Below, piece after piece: positions 1 through 9,486 of a stretch of 64,000 nucleotides of DNA. The notes beneath the pieces were generated by a model. It saw nothing but the letters and a program-made list of their open reading frames with translations. It had not been told where the DNA came from and did no database searches. Source of the DNA: Gemmatimonadales bacterium (GTDB taxonomy: Bacteria > Gemmatimonadota > Gemmatimonadetes > Gemmatimonadales > GWC2-71-9); the NCBI GenBank assembly GCA_037189525.1, contig JBBCJC010000002.1, positions 1,280,001-1,344,000 of the forward strand, read 5' to 3'. Made by a program: the position numbers and the translations under genes. How positions within the stretch are numbered: position 1 is the stretch's first letter; every line of letters starts with the position of its first letter.

Positions 1-110
1 GCCTTCGGTTGCAAAGTCCAATGGGAATCCGGTGACGAAACCCTGCAGTGAGTCGTGCAACGATATTGTAATGCGTTGGGAAACAACTGGTTACGTTCGT
101 TCTGATACCC

Positions 111-126
111 TGGCACCAACGTTGCT
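111..126 (+). promoter_or_regulatory. sigma-54 (-24/-12) promoter of the major pilin
   Basis: TGGCAC-CAACG-TTGCT with GG (112-113) and GC (124-125) in canonical register. IHF-like AAACAACTGGTTA at 81-93 (one mismatch to WATCAANNNNTTR). Confidence 0.85.
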
Positions 127-197
127 CTTTAGTTTGCCGGGACGAGCGACACCGCTTGGTTCAGGTAACCCCAAACTGTACCCCACTCGGAGGAAGT

Positions 198-581
198 ATG
201 TTCAATCGCAAGGGTTTCACGCTCATCGAGCTGCTGATCGTGGTTGTGATCATCGGCATCTTGGCCGCCATCGCAATTCCGAAGTTCGCGGCGACCAAAG
301 ACAAGGCTAAGCTCGCCTCGGTTCGGACCGACCTCCGGAACGTCATGACGGCTCAGGAGGCGTACTTCTCGGATCACGCCACCTACGGCACGTTGGCCCA
401 GCTGCAGGCCGCGAGCAACTTCACGCTCTCGTCCGGCAACACCGGCGGCGTCACGGGTGCGAGCAACGGCTACACCGCCACGTTCAACAACGCGACCATC
501 AGCACTGGTATCGACGAGTGCACCGTGCAGGTCGGGGCCGGCGCGGCCAGCACGCTCGACGGCGTGATCGTCTGTTCGTAA
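198..581 (+). CDS. pilA: type IV major pilin
   Basis: Prepilin motif KG|FTLIELLIVVVIIGILAAIAIPKF, C-terminal Cys pair, GGAGG RBS before ATG 198. Confidence 0.9.
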   Translation: MFNRKGFTLIELLIVVVIIGILAAIAIPKFAATKDKAKLASVRTDLRNVMTAQEAYFSDHATYGTLAQLQAASNFTLSSGNTGGVTGASNGYTATFNNATISTGIDECTVQVGAGAASTLDGVIVCS

Positions 582-597
582 GGCAGGTATGACGAAT

Positions 598-635
598 CGG
601 GCGTCCGCCGCACAATGTGGGGGGCGCCCGTTCTT
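598..635 (+). terminator. GC-rich hairpin between the two pilin genes
   Basis: CGGGCGTCC...GGGCGCCCG stem followed by TTCTT. Confidence 0.6.
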
Positions 636-677
636 CACCCACTGGTCACCATCGTCCAACAAGAAAGGAGGCAGGGT

Positions 678-1064
678 ATGCTGAGAACCAAACGATCCGG
701 CTTTACTCTGATCGAACTCCTGATCGTCGTGGTGATCATCGGGATCCTGGCCGGGATTGCCATCCCGAAGTTTGCGGCGACGAAGGACAAATCCAGGCTG
801 GCGTCGATCCGTTCCGATCTCCGGAACATCATGACGGCGCAGGAAGCCTACTGGGCGTCTCACTCGACCTTTGCGTCGCTCGGCGACTTGCAGGCGTCCA
901 CCAACTACACGTTCTCGCAGGGAAACGTGGCGACGATTTCCGCCACGGTCTCTGGCTACACCGCGACGATTTCCAATAGCGCGATCACGTCGACGCTCGA
1001 CGAATGCTCCGTCCATGTCGGCGGCGGCGCGGGCACACTCGACAGTCAGATCGTCTGCTCCTAA
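678..1064 (+). CDS. second type IV pilin, paralog of 198-581
   Basis: SG|FTLIELLIVVVIIGILAGIAIPKFAATKDK, colinear with the first pilin through ..DEC..IVCS; AGGAGG RBS. Confidence 0.9.
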   Translation: MLRTKRSGFTLIELLIVVVIIGILAGIAIPKFAATKDKSRLASIRSDLRNIMTAQEAYWASHSTFASLGDLQASTNYTFSQGNVATISATVSGYTATISNSAITSTLDECSVHVGGGAGTLDSQIVCS

Positions 1065-1091
1065 GCACGCGTCGCGCGATCAAGGACTGCC

Positions 1092-2420
1092 ATGCGGGTA
1101 CTGCTGCTCGACGCCGACGAATCACTCAAGCACACCGTTGCTCCGTATCTCGAAGACGTCGGATATGAAGTCGCGTTTCGGCGGGATCCGGACGCCGCCC
1201 TCCTGGAAGCCCAGGCCTGCGGCATTCGGCTGATCCTCTGCGATCTGGCCCTTCCCGGCGATGGCGGCCTGACCTTTCTGCGGCGCTATCGGGCCGGCGG
1301 CGGCACCGGCGTCGTGCTGGTCTCGGGCGGGCCCGGCGAATCGGCCCTGGCAAGCGCGGCCCTGCGGGAAGGCGCGGATGGCTTCCTGCGCAAACCGTCG
1401 CTCCCCGAAGAGGTGCTCCTCGCGCTCCGGCAGACCGAAGAGCGCGACCGGCTCCGACACGAAGTGGCCACCCTGCGCGCCACGATCGGCTCCAAGGGCC
1501 TCGAGCCCATGGTCATCGCCGAGGACGCGCGGATGCGGTCGATTCTGGAGGTCGCTGCGCGGGCCGCGGCGTCGGATCAGGCCGTCCTGATTACGGGCGA
1601 GCGGGGCACCGGCAAAGCGCTGCTGGCGCGGGCGATGCACCGGTTCAGCCGTCGCGGAGACGGTGCCTTCGTCGCCATCGATTGTCCGTCTACGCCCGAT
1701 TTCTTCGGGACCGATGACGCCGGCCTCAACCCCGCCGATCCGCAGAGCGTCTGGCGCTCGGCGAGTCGCGGGACCTTGTTGCTCGAAGAAGTGGAAGGTC
1801 TGTCGCCCGAGAGTCAGCGATCCCTGGTGAGTCGGCTGGGCATCCGGAACGGCCGTAACGGACGCCCCACCGAGCTGGTGGTCGCGTCCGAGAGCGATGT
1901 TCGTCTGATGGCTACGGCCGAGAAGCGGCTCGATCGTCTGGTGCACGAAGGGCTGATCCAGGTCGACCTGGCCGAGCGGATCGGCACCACCACGCTGGAC
2001 ATTCCGGCGCTGCGCGAGCGTCGCGACGACATCCCCGCGCTGGTGACTCACTTCCTGCAGCAGGTTGCGGCCAAGACCGGTCGCCCGATCAGCATCACGC
2101 CCCAGGCCATGGCGGCCCTGGTGTCGTACTCGTGGCCCGGCAATGTCCGGGAGCTCAGGCAGGTGGTCGAACGCGCCGCCGTACTGAGCAGCACGGGCAA
2201 GCTCGATCGGTCGGATTTCCCCGTGCTCGTGAGTACCGGCTCCTCAACCCGCACCGGCGGCACCGAACTGCCCCTCAAGGAGCAGGTCGAAGCGTTCGAA
2301 CGCGAGGTCATTCTCCGGGCCCTGGCCGCTTGTGGCGGGACTCGGCGGGAGGCCGCCAAGATGCTCCAGCTCAGCTTGCGGACCCTGTTCTACAAGCTCA
2401 ATCGGTACGGGCTCGCCTGA
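1092..2420 (+). CDS. NtrC/PilR-family response regulator (REC-AAA-Fis HTH) with degenerate AAA+ domain
   Basis: REC (CDLALP), Walker A GERGTGK, WPGNVREL, Fis HTH (AAKMLQLSLRTLFYKL). GAFTGA loop absent. Confidence 0.85.
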   Translation: MRVLLLDADESLKHTVAPYLEDVGYEVAFRRDPDAALLEAQACGIRLILCDLALPGDGGLTFLRRYRAGGGTGVVLVSGGPGESALASAALREGADGFLRKPSLPEEVLLALRQTEERDRLRHEVATLRATIGSKGLEPMVIAEDARMRSILEVAARAAASDQAVLITGERGTGKALLARAMHRFSRRGDGAFVAIDCPSTPDFFGTDDAGLNPADPQSVWRSASRGTLLLEEVEGLSPESQRSLVSRLGIRNGRNGRPTELVVASESDVRLMATAEKRLDRLVHEGLIQVDLAERIGTTTLDIPALRERRDDIPALVTHFLQQVAAKTGRPISITPQAMAALVSYSWPGNVRELRQVVERAAVLSSTGKLDRSDFPVLVSTGSSTRTGGTELPLKEQVEAFEREVILRALAACGGTRREAAKMLQLSLRTLFYKLNRYGLA

Positions 2421-2504
2421 GCCTTTCGCTGGTTCGCGTCGATTTCATCCTGATTGCGTCAAAACGGTTAGTGGCCTGACTGGGTCGCGCCGCATCTTGG
2501 CACC

Positions 2505-2873
2505 ATGTCCAAGACGCGCGCAGGGTTCAGCCTCCTCGAAGTGATGACCGCGGTCGCGATGCTCGCCATCGCATCGATCGTGGCGCTCAAAGCATCGGTC
2601 CAAACCGGCCATGCCGTCGCGATCGGCCGGCGCTGGACCGCCATGGCGCGAGCCGTCGACGCCGAGGTGGTTCGGCTGGAGCGCGCCTACCGGATGGCGC
2701 GGCCGAACTGTGTCACGCCTCCCTCCGGTTCCGATTACACGCCCGATGGTGTCGGCCTCGCCTGGTCGGTACGGGGTGACTCGGCGCTGATCGAACTGAC
2801 CATCGAAGCGCGCGCTCGAGCAGCGGGGCGGGTTCTCATCGATACCGCACGTACGACCCTGAGTTGCCGATGA
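2505..2873 (+). CDS. minor pilin (PilV-like)
   Basis: AG|FSLLEVM prepilin motif. Confidence 0.8.
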   Translation: MSKTRAGFSLLEVMTAVAMLAIASIVALKASVQTGHAVAIGRRWTAMARAVDAEVVRLERAYRMARPNCVTPPSGSDYTPDGVGLAWSVRGDSALIELTIEARARAAGRVLIDTARTTLSCR

Positions 2874-3700
2874 CCATGAGACGCGGCGTGACGCTGATCG
2901 AGCTCCTCGTGGCGGTGGTCGTCGCGATGGTGCTGCTGACCATGGCAATTCGGGTGCAGGCGACCGTCGAGCGGACCGGGCGGAGCCGGCTGGAACGTCT
3001 CGGAGCCACCGCCTCACTGCGTGCGGCGGCGAAACTGGTCCGTTGGGAGTGGGCCGGTTTCGGATTCGACTCGATGGCCGGCGCTGACTTTGCCGTGACC
3101 GGGGCAGGGCGGGTCAGCTATCGCGGTCAATCCGGTTTGCTGGCCGTCTGTCACGTGAGTGGAGATACGCTGTTCGTCGACCCTGCGCGTCTCGCGGCCT
3201 GGCGGCACCGCCTTCCCATTGCCGGCCGCGACAGTCTCCTCGTGTACCTCCCGGGCGATTCGGCGATCGGAATCGATGCCTGGCTACCGGCGTCGGTGGT
3301 CTCCGGCCCCGACCCTGGTGTCTGCCCGGGAGGCATTGCGGGTATCCGTTATCGGGTTGCCTGGACGGCGTATGCCGGTCCCGTTGCGGAGCAAACGGTC
3401 GCCCGAAGCTACGAGCCGCTCGAGTTGCGCGCCTACAACTCGGCCGGGTCCTGGCAGCTCGGCCAGGTCGGATTGGCGTCGGGAGGTGTGGTGCAGCCGG
3501 CGCTCGGACCGCTGGCGGCCGGCGGATTCGAGATCCTCCCGGTTAACGGAGCCGGCGTCGTCACCGGTGCAACCGGGGCTACGGGGCTCGAAATTCGGCT
3601 CAGGATGCTCACCGGTCGAGAGACCGCCGTCGGTCCCGGTCGGGTGCCTCGCATGGAGGACAGTCTCGGTTTTCGGATGCGGTTGGAGAACGTTCCATGA
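2870..3700 (+). CDS. minor pilin (PilW-like)
   Basis: RRG|VTLIELL prepilin motif; ATGA overlap with the previous gene. Confidence 0.8.
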   Translation: MTMRRGVTLIELLVAVVVAMVLLTMAIRVQATVERTGRSRLERLGATASLRAAAKLVRWEWAGFGFDSMAGADFAVTGAGRVSYRGQSGLLAVCHVSGDTLFVDPARLAAWRHRLPIAGRDSLLVYLPGDSAIGIDAWLPASVVSGPDPGVCPGGIAGIRYRVAWTAYAGPVAEQTVARSYEPLELRAYNSAGSWQLGQVGLASGGVVQPALGPLAAGGFEILPVNGAGVVTGATGATGLEIRLRMLTGRETAVGPGRVPRMEDSLGFRMRLENVP

Positions 3701-4128
3701 TCGTCGTTGCGCTTTCGTTGCTGGCAGGTCTGGCCCTCGTCGTCGGAATCGGGGCGCCGGCTGCATCCGCCGAGCTCCGGGCCGGCAGGATGGCGTTTAC
3801 GGAGCTGGTCGTTCGCCAGGCGGCCGAGGGTGAGTTGGCGCGGTGGTTCGAGGGGGATTGGGCCGCAGCGGCTCCGGCGATGTTACCGGGAGAAGGGCAG
3901 TCGTTTCCGAGTGATTCGGTCGATGCGCGGACGGTGGTCGAACGCCGGCTCGTTCGGGTGTCGCCGACGCTCTGGATGCTGCAGGTTCGGGTGGTTGAGC
4001 GCGACCTGACCGCGCGAGATCTTGCAGCGAGTTACCAGGCCCTCCTGGTCGGGCTCCGGCGGGAGGCCGGCGATTCGGTTCTCACCCGGTATCGAATTGC
4101 CCGTCCCTGGGTCCAGGCGCACCAATAG
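3697..4128 (+). CDS. PilX-like minor pilin
   Basis: Hydrophobic N-terminus, AAEG motif, ATGA-coupled third gene of the minor pilin set. Confidence 0.55.
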   Translation: MIVVALSLLAGLALVVGIGAPAASAELRAGRMAFTELVVRQAAEGELARWFEGDWAAAAPAMLPGEGQSFPSDSVDARTVVERRLVRVSPTLWMLQVRVVERDLTARDLAASYQALLVGLRREAGDSVLTRYRIARPWVQAHQ

Positions 4129-4277
4129 CGGTTCGCGGCGGCTAGTGGACTTTGCAGTGATTCCCGGCGGTGACCGGAAGTCGTCTCCCATAACCGGCTC
4201 GGCTTCTGACTCGTAACTTGTTGTCGAGAAATGGGATAGTGCGGGACATGCGGAGGATCGCACCGGGCTGCCACGGT

Positions 4278-4293
4278 TGGCATAACGGTTGCC
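4278..4293 (+). promoter_or_regulatory. candidate sigma-54 promoter upstream of pilM
   Basis: TGGCAT-AACGG-TTGCC, with GG and GC 12 bp apart. Confidence 0.6.
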
Positions 4294-4428
4294 CGCCACC
4301 ACATTACTTGTTTACACCAGCGGCTGGATGCCGCCTGATGGTCAAGGGCGGGGGCTCAGGGTGTCTAGTAGCTCTAAAGTGTTGATAAACAAAGACTTGA
4401 GTGACGAGACCGCGATCGGGTCGTCGGC

Positions 4429-4457
4429 TTGACAAAAGTTTGCACTATTCCTAGCGT
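4429..4457 (+). promoter_or_regulatory. sigma-70 promoter of pilMNOPQ
   Basis: TTGACA-17 bp-TAGCGT. Confidence 0.7.
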
Positions 4458-4489
4458 GACCGTCAACCATCTAGCCACTTGGGCGAGAC

Positions 4490-5533
4490 ATGGCACTGTT
4501 TAACCGCACCCGAACCACGGTCGGTCTCGATATCGGGAGCGGCCTCATCAAGCTCGCGGTGATCTCGCATGGCTCCGGTGAGCCGGTCCTGTCGAAGGTT
4601 GCCATGGCGACAGTCGTGGATGACGCGATCGTCGAAGGCGAAGTGATGGACCCTGGCATCGTGTCGGAGGCCATTCGCAGCCTCTTTGCCGAGGCCGGGA
4701 TCAAGCCGAAGAACGTGGTGACCGCGGTTGGTGGGCGCGACGTGATCATCAAAAAGATCCCGATGGACCGGATGAAGGAGAACGAAGCGCGCGAGCTGAT
4801 CCGCTGGGAAGCGGAGCAGCATGTGCCGTTCGACATGGACAACGTCGAACTCGATTTCCAGATCCTCGATCCGGAGTCGGAAGGTCTGCAGATGTCGGTG
4901 CTGCTGGTTGCCGCCAAACGGGAACTGGTCGAGACCAAGGTCTCGCTGCTCAAAGAAATCGGGGTCGACCCGTCGGTCATCGACGTCGACGCCTTTGCGC
5001 TCCATAACGCGTTCGAGGTCAACTACCCGGATGCGATGAAGGGTGTGGTCGGCCTGGTCAACATCGGCCACGAAGTCACCAACGTCAATATCCTCGACGA
5101 AGGCGTTCCGGTGCTGACGCGCGACCTGCCGATCGGGACTCGGCGGTTCCGCGAAGATCTGCAGCGGGAACGCGGTCTTTCGTCCGATGAAGCTGCCAAG
5201 TTGCTCCAGGGGTTCGAAGTCTCGGATGTGCTGACGCCCTTCCTCCAGAGCCGAGGCGAAGAACTCGCCGTCGGGATCGAGCGGGCCGCCGCCTTTCTGC
5301 AGACGTCCAGCCGTTCCACGGCCGGGTTGAGCCGGCTCTTTCTCTCGGGTGGTGGCGCGCGGATTCCCGGACTCGCCAAAGTCCTGGGCGATCGGCTCAA
5401 GATGCCGGTCCAGCTCGCCAATCCGATCGAACGGATCCAGGTGGCCGACGGAGTGTTCGATCAGTTGAACGTGGACGAAGTCGCCCCGCTGCTCATGCTG
5501 CCGGTGGGCTTGGCGCTGCGGCAGGCAGCCTGA
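4490..5533 (+). CDS. pilM: type IV pilus assembly protein PilM (actin-like)
   Basis: VGLDIGS, DVDAFAL and LSGGGA motifs. Confidence 0.95.
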   Translation: MALFNRTRTTVGLDIGSGLIKLAVISHGSGEPVLSKVAMATVVDDAIVEGEVMDPGIVSEAIRSLFAEAGIKPKNVVTAVGGRDVIIKKIPMDRMKENEARELIRWEAEQHVPFDMDNVELDFQILDPESEGLQMSVLLVAAKRELVETKVSLLKEIGVDPSVIDVDAFALHNAFEVNYPDAMKGVVGLVNIGHEVTNVNILDEGVPVLTRDLPIGTRRFREDLQRERGLSSDEAAKLLQGFEVSDVLTPFLQSRGEELAVGIERAAAFLQTSSRSTAGLSRLFLSGGGARIPGLAKVLGDRLKMPVQLANPIERIQVADGVFDQLNVDEVAPLLMLPVGLALRQAA

Positions 5534-5558
5534 TCGTAGAGGAGAGGGTTCGACGACG

Positions 5559-6275
5559 ATGATTGAAATCAATCTCAAACCGGGTGCGAAGCGAGCCCGC
5601 GCGGGGTCGCCCGTTGCGGGCGTACTCGCGCAGCTCAAGAGCGCCGGTCAGAAGATCAAGGATCCCACCCGGCTGGCGGCGCTCGCGTTGAGCGTCGCGT
5701 GGCTCGGCTATGTCGGTGTTGCCCAGCTCACGACGTCGAATGAACTGGCCAACCTCGAACCCAAGCTGGAACAGGCGCGCGCCGAGCATCAGCGGTTCCG
5801 GGCCTTCCTGGGCGAAAAGCGCCGACTCGAGTCCGTGCGTGATTCGATCCAGGCCCAGATCCGGACCATCAACACGGTCGACGGCGACCGCTACATCTGG
5901 CCTCGGATCCTCGACGAAGTGGCGCGCGCGGTTCCTCCGTACACCTGGCTCACCGACGTCCAGACCGTCTCGGTTACCGCGGCGGCGGCGCCGGCCGATA
6001 CCACGGCCCCGATTGTGCCGCCGGTCCAGATCTCCATCAGTGGCCGGACCGTCGATATCCAGGGCTACACGCGGTTGCTGCGCCAGCTCGAAGACTCGCC
6101 TTATCTGAGCGAGGTTACCGCCATCTCGGCCAATACGGTCCTCGAACGGGAGCGGGCGGTTACCGCCTTCGTCCTGCGGGCGACCTACCAGCGCCCCAAT
6201 GCGCCGTCGCGGGCCACCGGACAGGGTGAGGTGAACACTCCGGGCACCACCACCGTCGCGCAGCGGGAGGACTGA
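5559..6275 (+). CDS. pilN: PilN
   Basis: MIEINLKP N-terminus, TM helix, coiled coil, position after pilM. Confidence 0.9.
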   Translation: MIEINLKPGAKRARAGSPVAGVLAQLKSAGQKIKDPTRLAALALSVAWLGYVGVAQLTTSNELANLEPKLEQARAEHQRFRAFLGEKRRLESVRDSIQAQIRTINTVDGDRYIWPRILDEVARAVPPYTWLTDVQTVSVTAAAAPADTTAPIVPPVQISISGRTVDIQGYTRLLRQLEDSPYLSEVTAISANTVLERERAVTAFVLRATYQRPNAPSRATGQGEVNTPGTTTVAQRED

Positions 6276-6278
6276 GCC

Positions 6279-6917
6279 ATGGCATTACTCGACAATCCCA
6301 AAGCCGCTCCGTTGCTCGGCGTCGTATTTGCCGGCCTGATCGGATACCTCTTCTACTCCGGTGAAGCGGTCAGCGCCATCGGGGTGCAGGGCGTGCCCGC
6401 CAAGCAGGAGCAGGTCAAGATGGTGCAGGATTCGATCACCATGCTCGAGGCCCAGACCGATAGCGTCAAGCGTGATCTGGCCCGCGGCACCATCGAAGAG
6501 CTCAAGACGCGGATCGAATCGAACCGCAACACGCTCTCGCTGCTCCGGCAGCTGGTGCCGGAGCGGAATGAGGTGCCCAACCTGCTCGACGACATCTCGA
6601 CGCGAGCCAAGATTCGGGGCGTCGATCTGGCGCAGGTGGTGCCGCAGCCGGTGGTTGCAGGCCCGGCGCCGTTCGATACCTACAGCTACAACCTTGCGGT
6701 GGTCGGCCGCTATGACCAGATCGGCGAGTTCCTCTCGGATATCGCCAGCTTGCGCCGAATCATCGTGCCGTACGACGTGACCGTTGCTTCGGCGCAGGTC
6801 GCGCATGCCCGCGCGCTTGGTGACACCACCCGCGCGGTGCTCGAGGCTCGGTTTCAGATTCGGACTTACGTGAAGGGCCAGGCGGCGACGCCGGAAGGAG
6901 GCCACAATGGCCACTAA
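6279..6917 (+). CDS. pilO: PilO
   Basis: EVPNLLDDIS and GRYDQIGEFLSDIASLRRII motifs. Confidence 0.9.
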   Translation: MALLDNPKAAPLLGVVFAGLIGYLFYSGEAVSAIGVQGVPAKQEQVKMVQDSITMLEAQTDSVKRDLARGTIEELKTRIESNRNTLSLLRQLVPERNEVPNLLDDISTRAKIRGVDLAQVVPQPVVAGPAPFDTYSYNLAVVGRYDQIGEFLSDIASLRRIIVPYDVTVASAQVAHARALGDTTRAVLEARFQIRTYVKGQAATPEGGHNGH

Positions 6918-7461
6918 GACCCTGCTCGGCCTGGGAAGCGCGCTTGCGCTGGCCCTGACCGCATGCGGTGGCGATGACGACGGCGATGCCAAGCGGGCGG
7001 CGCTCACCCCTGCCACAGTTGCCGTAGCGGATTCCGCGACCGTTGCGGCCGCGACGCCTCCGGCGCCGGCTGCCGACTCCGCGGCTCTGCCGCTCGATTC
7101 GGCCGGTACGTCGGCCGAGTCCGTCGCGACGAACGAGGAAGAGACGCTCGGACGTGAAAGCTTCTCCTATGGCGGCGGGAGCCGCGACCCGTTCCAGTCG
7201 CTGCTGGCGACCAGCCGGGTTGGACCGGAGCTGCCGGATCTCATCCTCGTCGCGATCTACTACGACACGCGCTCGACCAGCGGCAGTGTGGTCGTGATGC
7301 GCGAAAAGGTCGGCAATCGGAAGTACAATCTCCGTCCCGGCGATCGCCTCGGACGGATGCGGCTTACCAGCGTTCGGCCCAAAGACGTCACCTTCACCAT
7401 CGATGACTTCGGAACGGAGCGTCAGGAAACCGTGTCGCTTCGCAAGCAGGAGGAGAACTAA
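6907..7461 (+). CDS. pilP: PilP-like lipoprotein
   Basis: Lipobox LTAC, RDPF motif, position before pilQ. Confidence 0.8.
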   Translation: MATKTLLGLGSALALALTACGGDDDGDAKRAALTPATVAVADSATVAAATPPAPAADSAALPLDSAGTSAESVATNEEETLGRESFSYGGGSRDPFQSLLATSRVGPELPDLILVAIYYDTRSTSGSVVVMREKVGNRKYNLRPGDRLGRMRLTSVRPKDVTFTIDDFGTERQETVSLRKQEEN

Positions 7462-9333
7462 ATGAGGTTCAGTTCCTGGTCGGTCATGGCGGCCGCCGTG
7501 TTGACATTGGGCGGCGTACCGACCTCTCGGGCAGCGGTGCCGAGTGGTGAAGTCCGCGCGGTCAGTCTGCGGTCGGTCGAAGGGGGTGCCGAGCTGGCAA
7601 TTCGGATTCAAGGAGCCGTGTCGGTCACCGACATGACCCTCGCGGATCCGGCCCGGATCGTCCTCGATCTTCAGGGCGCCACGCTTCCGTCGGACGTGCG
7701 CGATCAGTACGACGGCGTCAACCGCGCCGGCGTCATCGGCATGCGGGTGCGCCAGTTCAGCGACGAAGTCGTCCGGGTCGTGCTCGTGATGGATCGGATG
7801 AAGCCCTACACGGTCATTCGCGGCGACGACGAGATCCGGGTCGCCTTCGGAGCCGATCAGGCCTTCGTCGCATGGTCCACCGGTTCGCTGATGGCCTCGG
7901 CGCTGCCGCCCGTGGCGGCGACGCCGGCCGTCGGTCGTACGGTTGCCGCGCAGGTCGTCGAGCCGGCCGCTGAAGAAGTTCAGGTGCGTCCCGCCGTCGC
8001 GACTGCCGACGCCCCGGCCGAACGGACCCTGTCGCGCGTGGCGCGGCCGTCGGTCTTCTCGCCGGCGGTGATGCAGCAGGAGCCGCGGCTCACGGTCAGC
8101 TGGGACAACGCCACCATCCAGGACGTCGTCTCGGGCTTCCAGGCCATCAGCGGCCGCTCCATCATCCTCGGTAAGAACATCGACGCGCGGATCACCGCCG
8201 AAATTCGTGATAAGCCGTGGCCCGATGCGTTCAAGGCCATCCTGGGCGCGTACGGTCTGTCGGTGCAGGAAGTCGAAGGTGGCATCCTTCGGGTCGACGC
8301 GCCGGAAACGCTGGCGGCCATCGATTCCCTGGAGCCGCTCGAGACCGCCGTCGTCAAGATCAACTATGCCAGCGCCGGCGAACTGGTCGAGACCGTCAAG
8401 AGCGTGATGCCGATGGGGTCGCGTTCCCGGGTGGTCGCCGATACCGGCAGCAACTCGCTGATCATCACCGGCCCGCGTTCGACCGTGCCTAACGTGCGCG
8501 ACTTCGTGACCGGGCTCGACATTCGCCCGGCCCAGATTGCGATCCAGGCCAAGATCATCTTCGTGGATCGCACCGATGTCGAGCAGCTCGGCTTCAAGTA
8601 CGATCTCGGGTCTGGGTCGCAGTTCTACAACCGGCTGATCCAGCGTCCCGATCCGACCAAGGAAGGCGAGCCGTACGCCTCGGGCGTCAACATCGTCGAC
8701 CTGGGTGGTAACGCCATCTCGGCCATCGGTAATGCCGACGCGACGATCCAGTCGGCGGCGCTCGACCTGACGTACTCGATTGCTCTGGGTGGGTTTACCC
8801 TGACGAGCTTCCTCAACGCGCTCGAGCGGGTCGATCTGACCGACGTGCAGACCGAGCCGATCATCACCACCAAGGACAACAAGAAGGCCACCTTGCTGGT
8901 CGGTGAAGAAATTCCGGTCCGGGTTGTCGACGCGAGTTCGATCGGTGGCGGCGCAGGCCAGGCTCCGCGCGCCACGGTTCAGTGGAAGGAAGTCGGCATC
9001 AAGCTGGACGTCACGCCGCACGTGACCAACAACCGGCAGATCGTCCTCAACATCGAAACCGAACGTTCGGCTGTGAAACCGCTCTCGGCGGCGGACCTCG
9101 GCTTCAGCATCGACAAACAGTTCACCAAGAACGAAATCCTGGTGAGCGATGGCGAAACCGCGGTCATTGGCGGCCTCACGGTCACCACGGTGACCCGCGC
9201 CAAGACGGGGATTCCGCTCCTCTCGAGCCTGCCGCTCCTGGGCAGCTTGTTCAGCTTCACGTCGAACACCGAGAACCGGAAAGACCTGATCATCCTGGTC
9301 ACCCCGCGTATCGTGGACGACCAGGGCCGGTAA
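7462..9333 (+). CDS. pilQ: type IV pilus secretin with AMIN domain
   Basis: AMIN (PARIVLDL), secretin motifs VGIKLDVTPHV, DGETAVIGGL, GIPLLSSLPLLGSLF, LIILVTPRIV. Confidence 0.95.
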   Translation: MRFSSWSVMAAAVLTLGGVPTSRAAVPSGEVRAVSLRSVEGGAELAIRIQGAVSVTDMTLADPARIVLDLQGATLPSDVRDQYDGVNRAGVIGMRVRQFSDEVVRVVLVMDRMKPYTVIRGDDEIRVAFGADQAFVAWSTGSLMASALPPVAATPAVGRTVAAQVVEPAAEEVQVRPAVATADAPAERTLSRVARPSVFSPAVMQQEPRLTVSWDNATIQDVVSGFQAISGRSIILGKNIDARITAEIRDKPWPDAFKAILGAYGLSVQEVEGGILRVDAPETLAAIDSLEPLETAVVKINYASAGELVETVKSVMPMGSRSRVVADTGSNSLIITGPRSTVPNVRDFVTGLDIRPAQIAIQAKIIFVDRTDVEQLGFKYDLGSGSQFYNRLIQRPDPTKEGEPYASGVNIVDLGGNAISAIGNADATIQSAALDLTYSIALGGFTLTSFLNALERVDLTDVQTEPIITTKDNKKATLLVGEEIPVRVVDASSIGGGAGQAPRATVQWKEVGIKLDVTPHVTNNRQIVLNIETERSAVKPLSAADLGFSIDKQFTKNEILVSDGETAVIGGLTVTTVTRAKTGIPLLSSLPLLGSLFSFTSNTENRKDLIILVTPRIVDDQGR

Positions 9334-9486
9334 ACGTATCGAGGTTAGTTCCAGGGGATTCGCTCGTCCCGATCCCTAACGACCGCCGGGCCGTTCGTCT
9401 GAACGGTCCGGCGGTCACTTTTGTGGCCTCTCTCGGGGCGAAATCCCGGCGTCTCGGCCGTCCGTACGATTGGTTACTTTTCCGAG

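Noticed and set aside
198..581. Electrically conductive (Geobacter-type) pilin
   Set aside because: Has F1, F24, Y50, F51 and Y57 but lacks aromatics at 27 and 32, and is a full-length pilin.
6760..9021. 753 aa antisense ORF and similar long antisense ORFs
   Set aside because: Expected shadows of high-GC coding genes.
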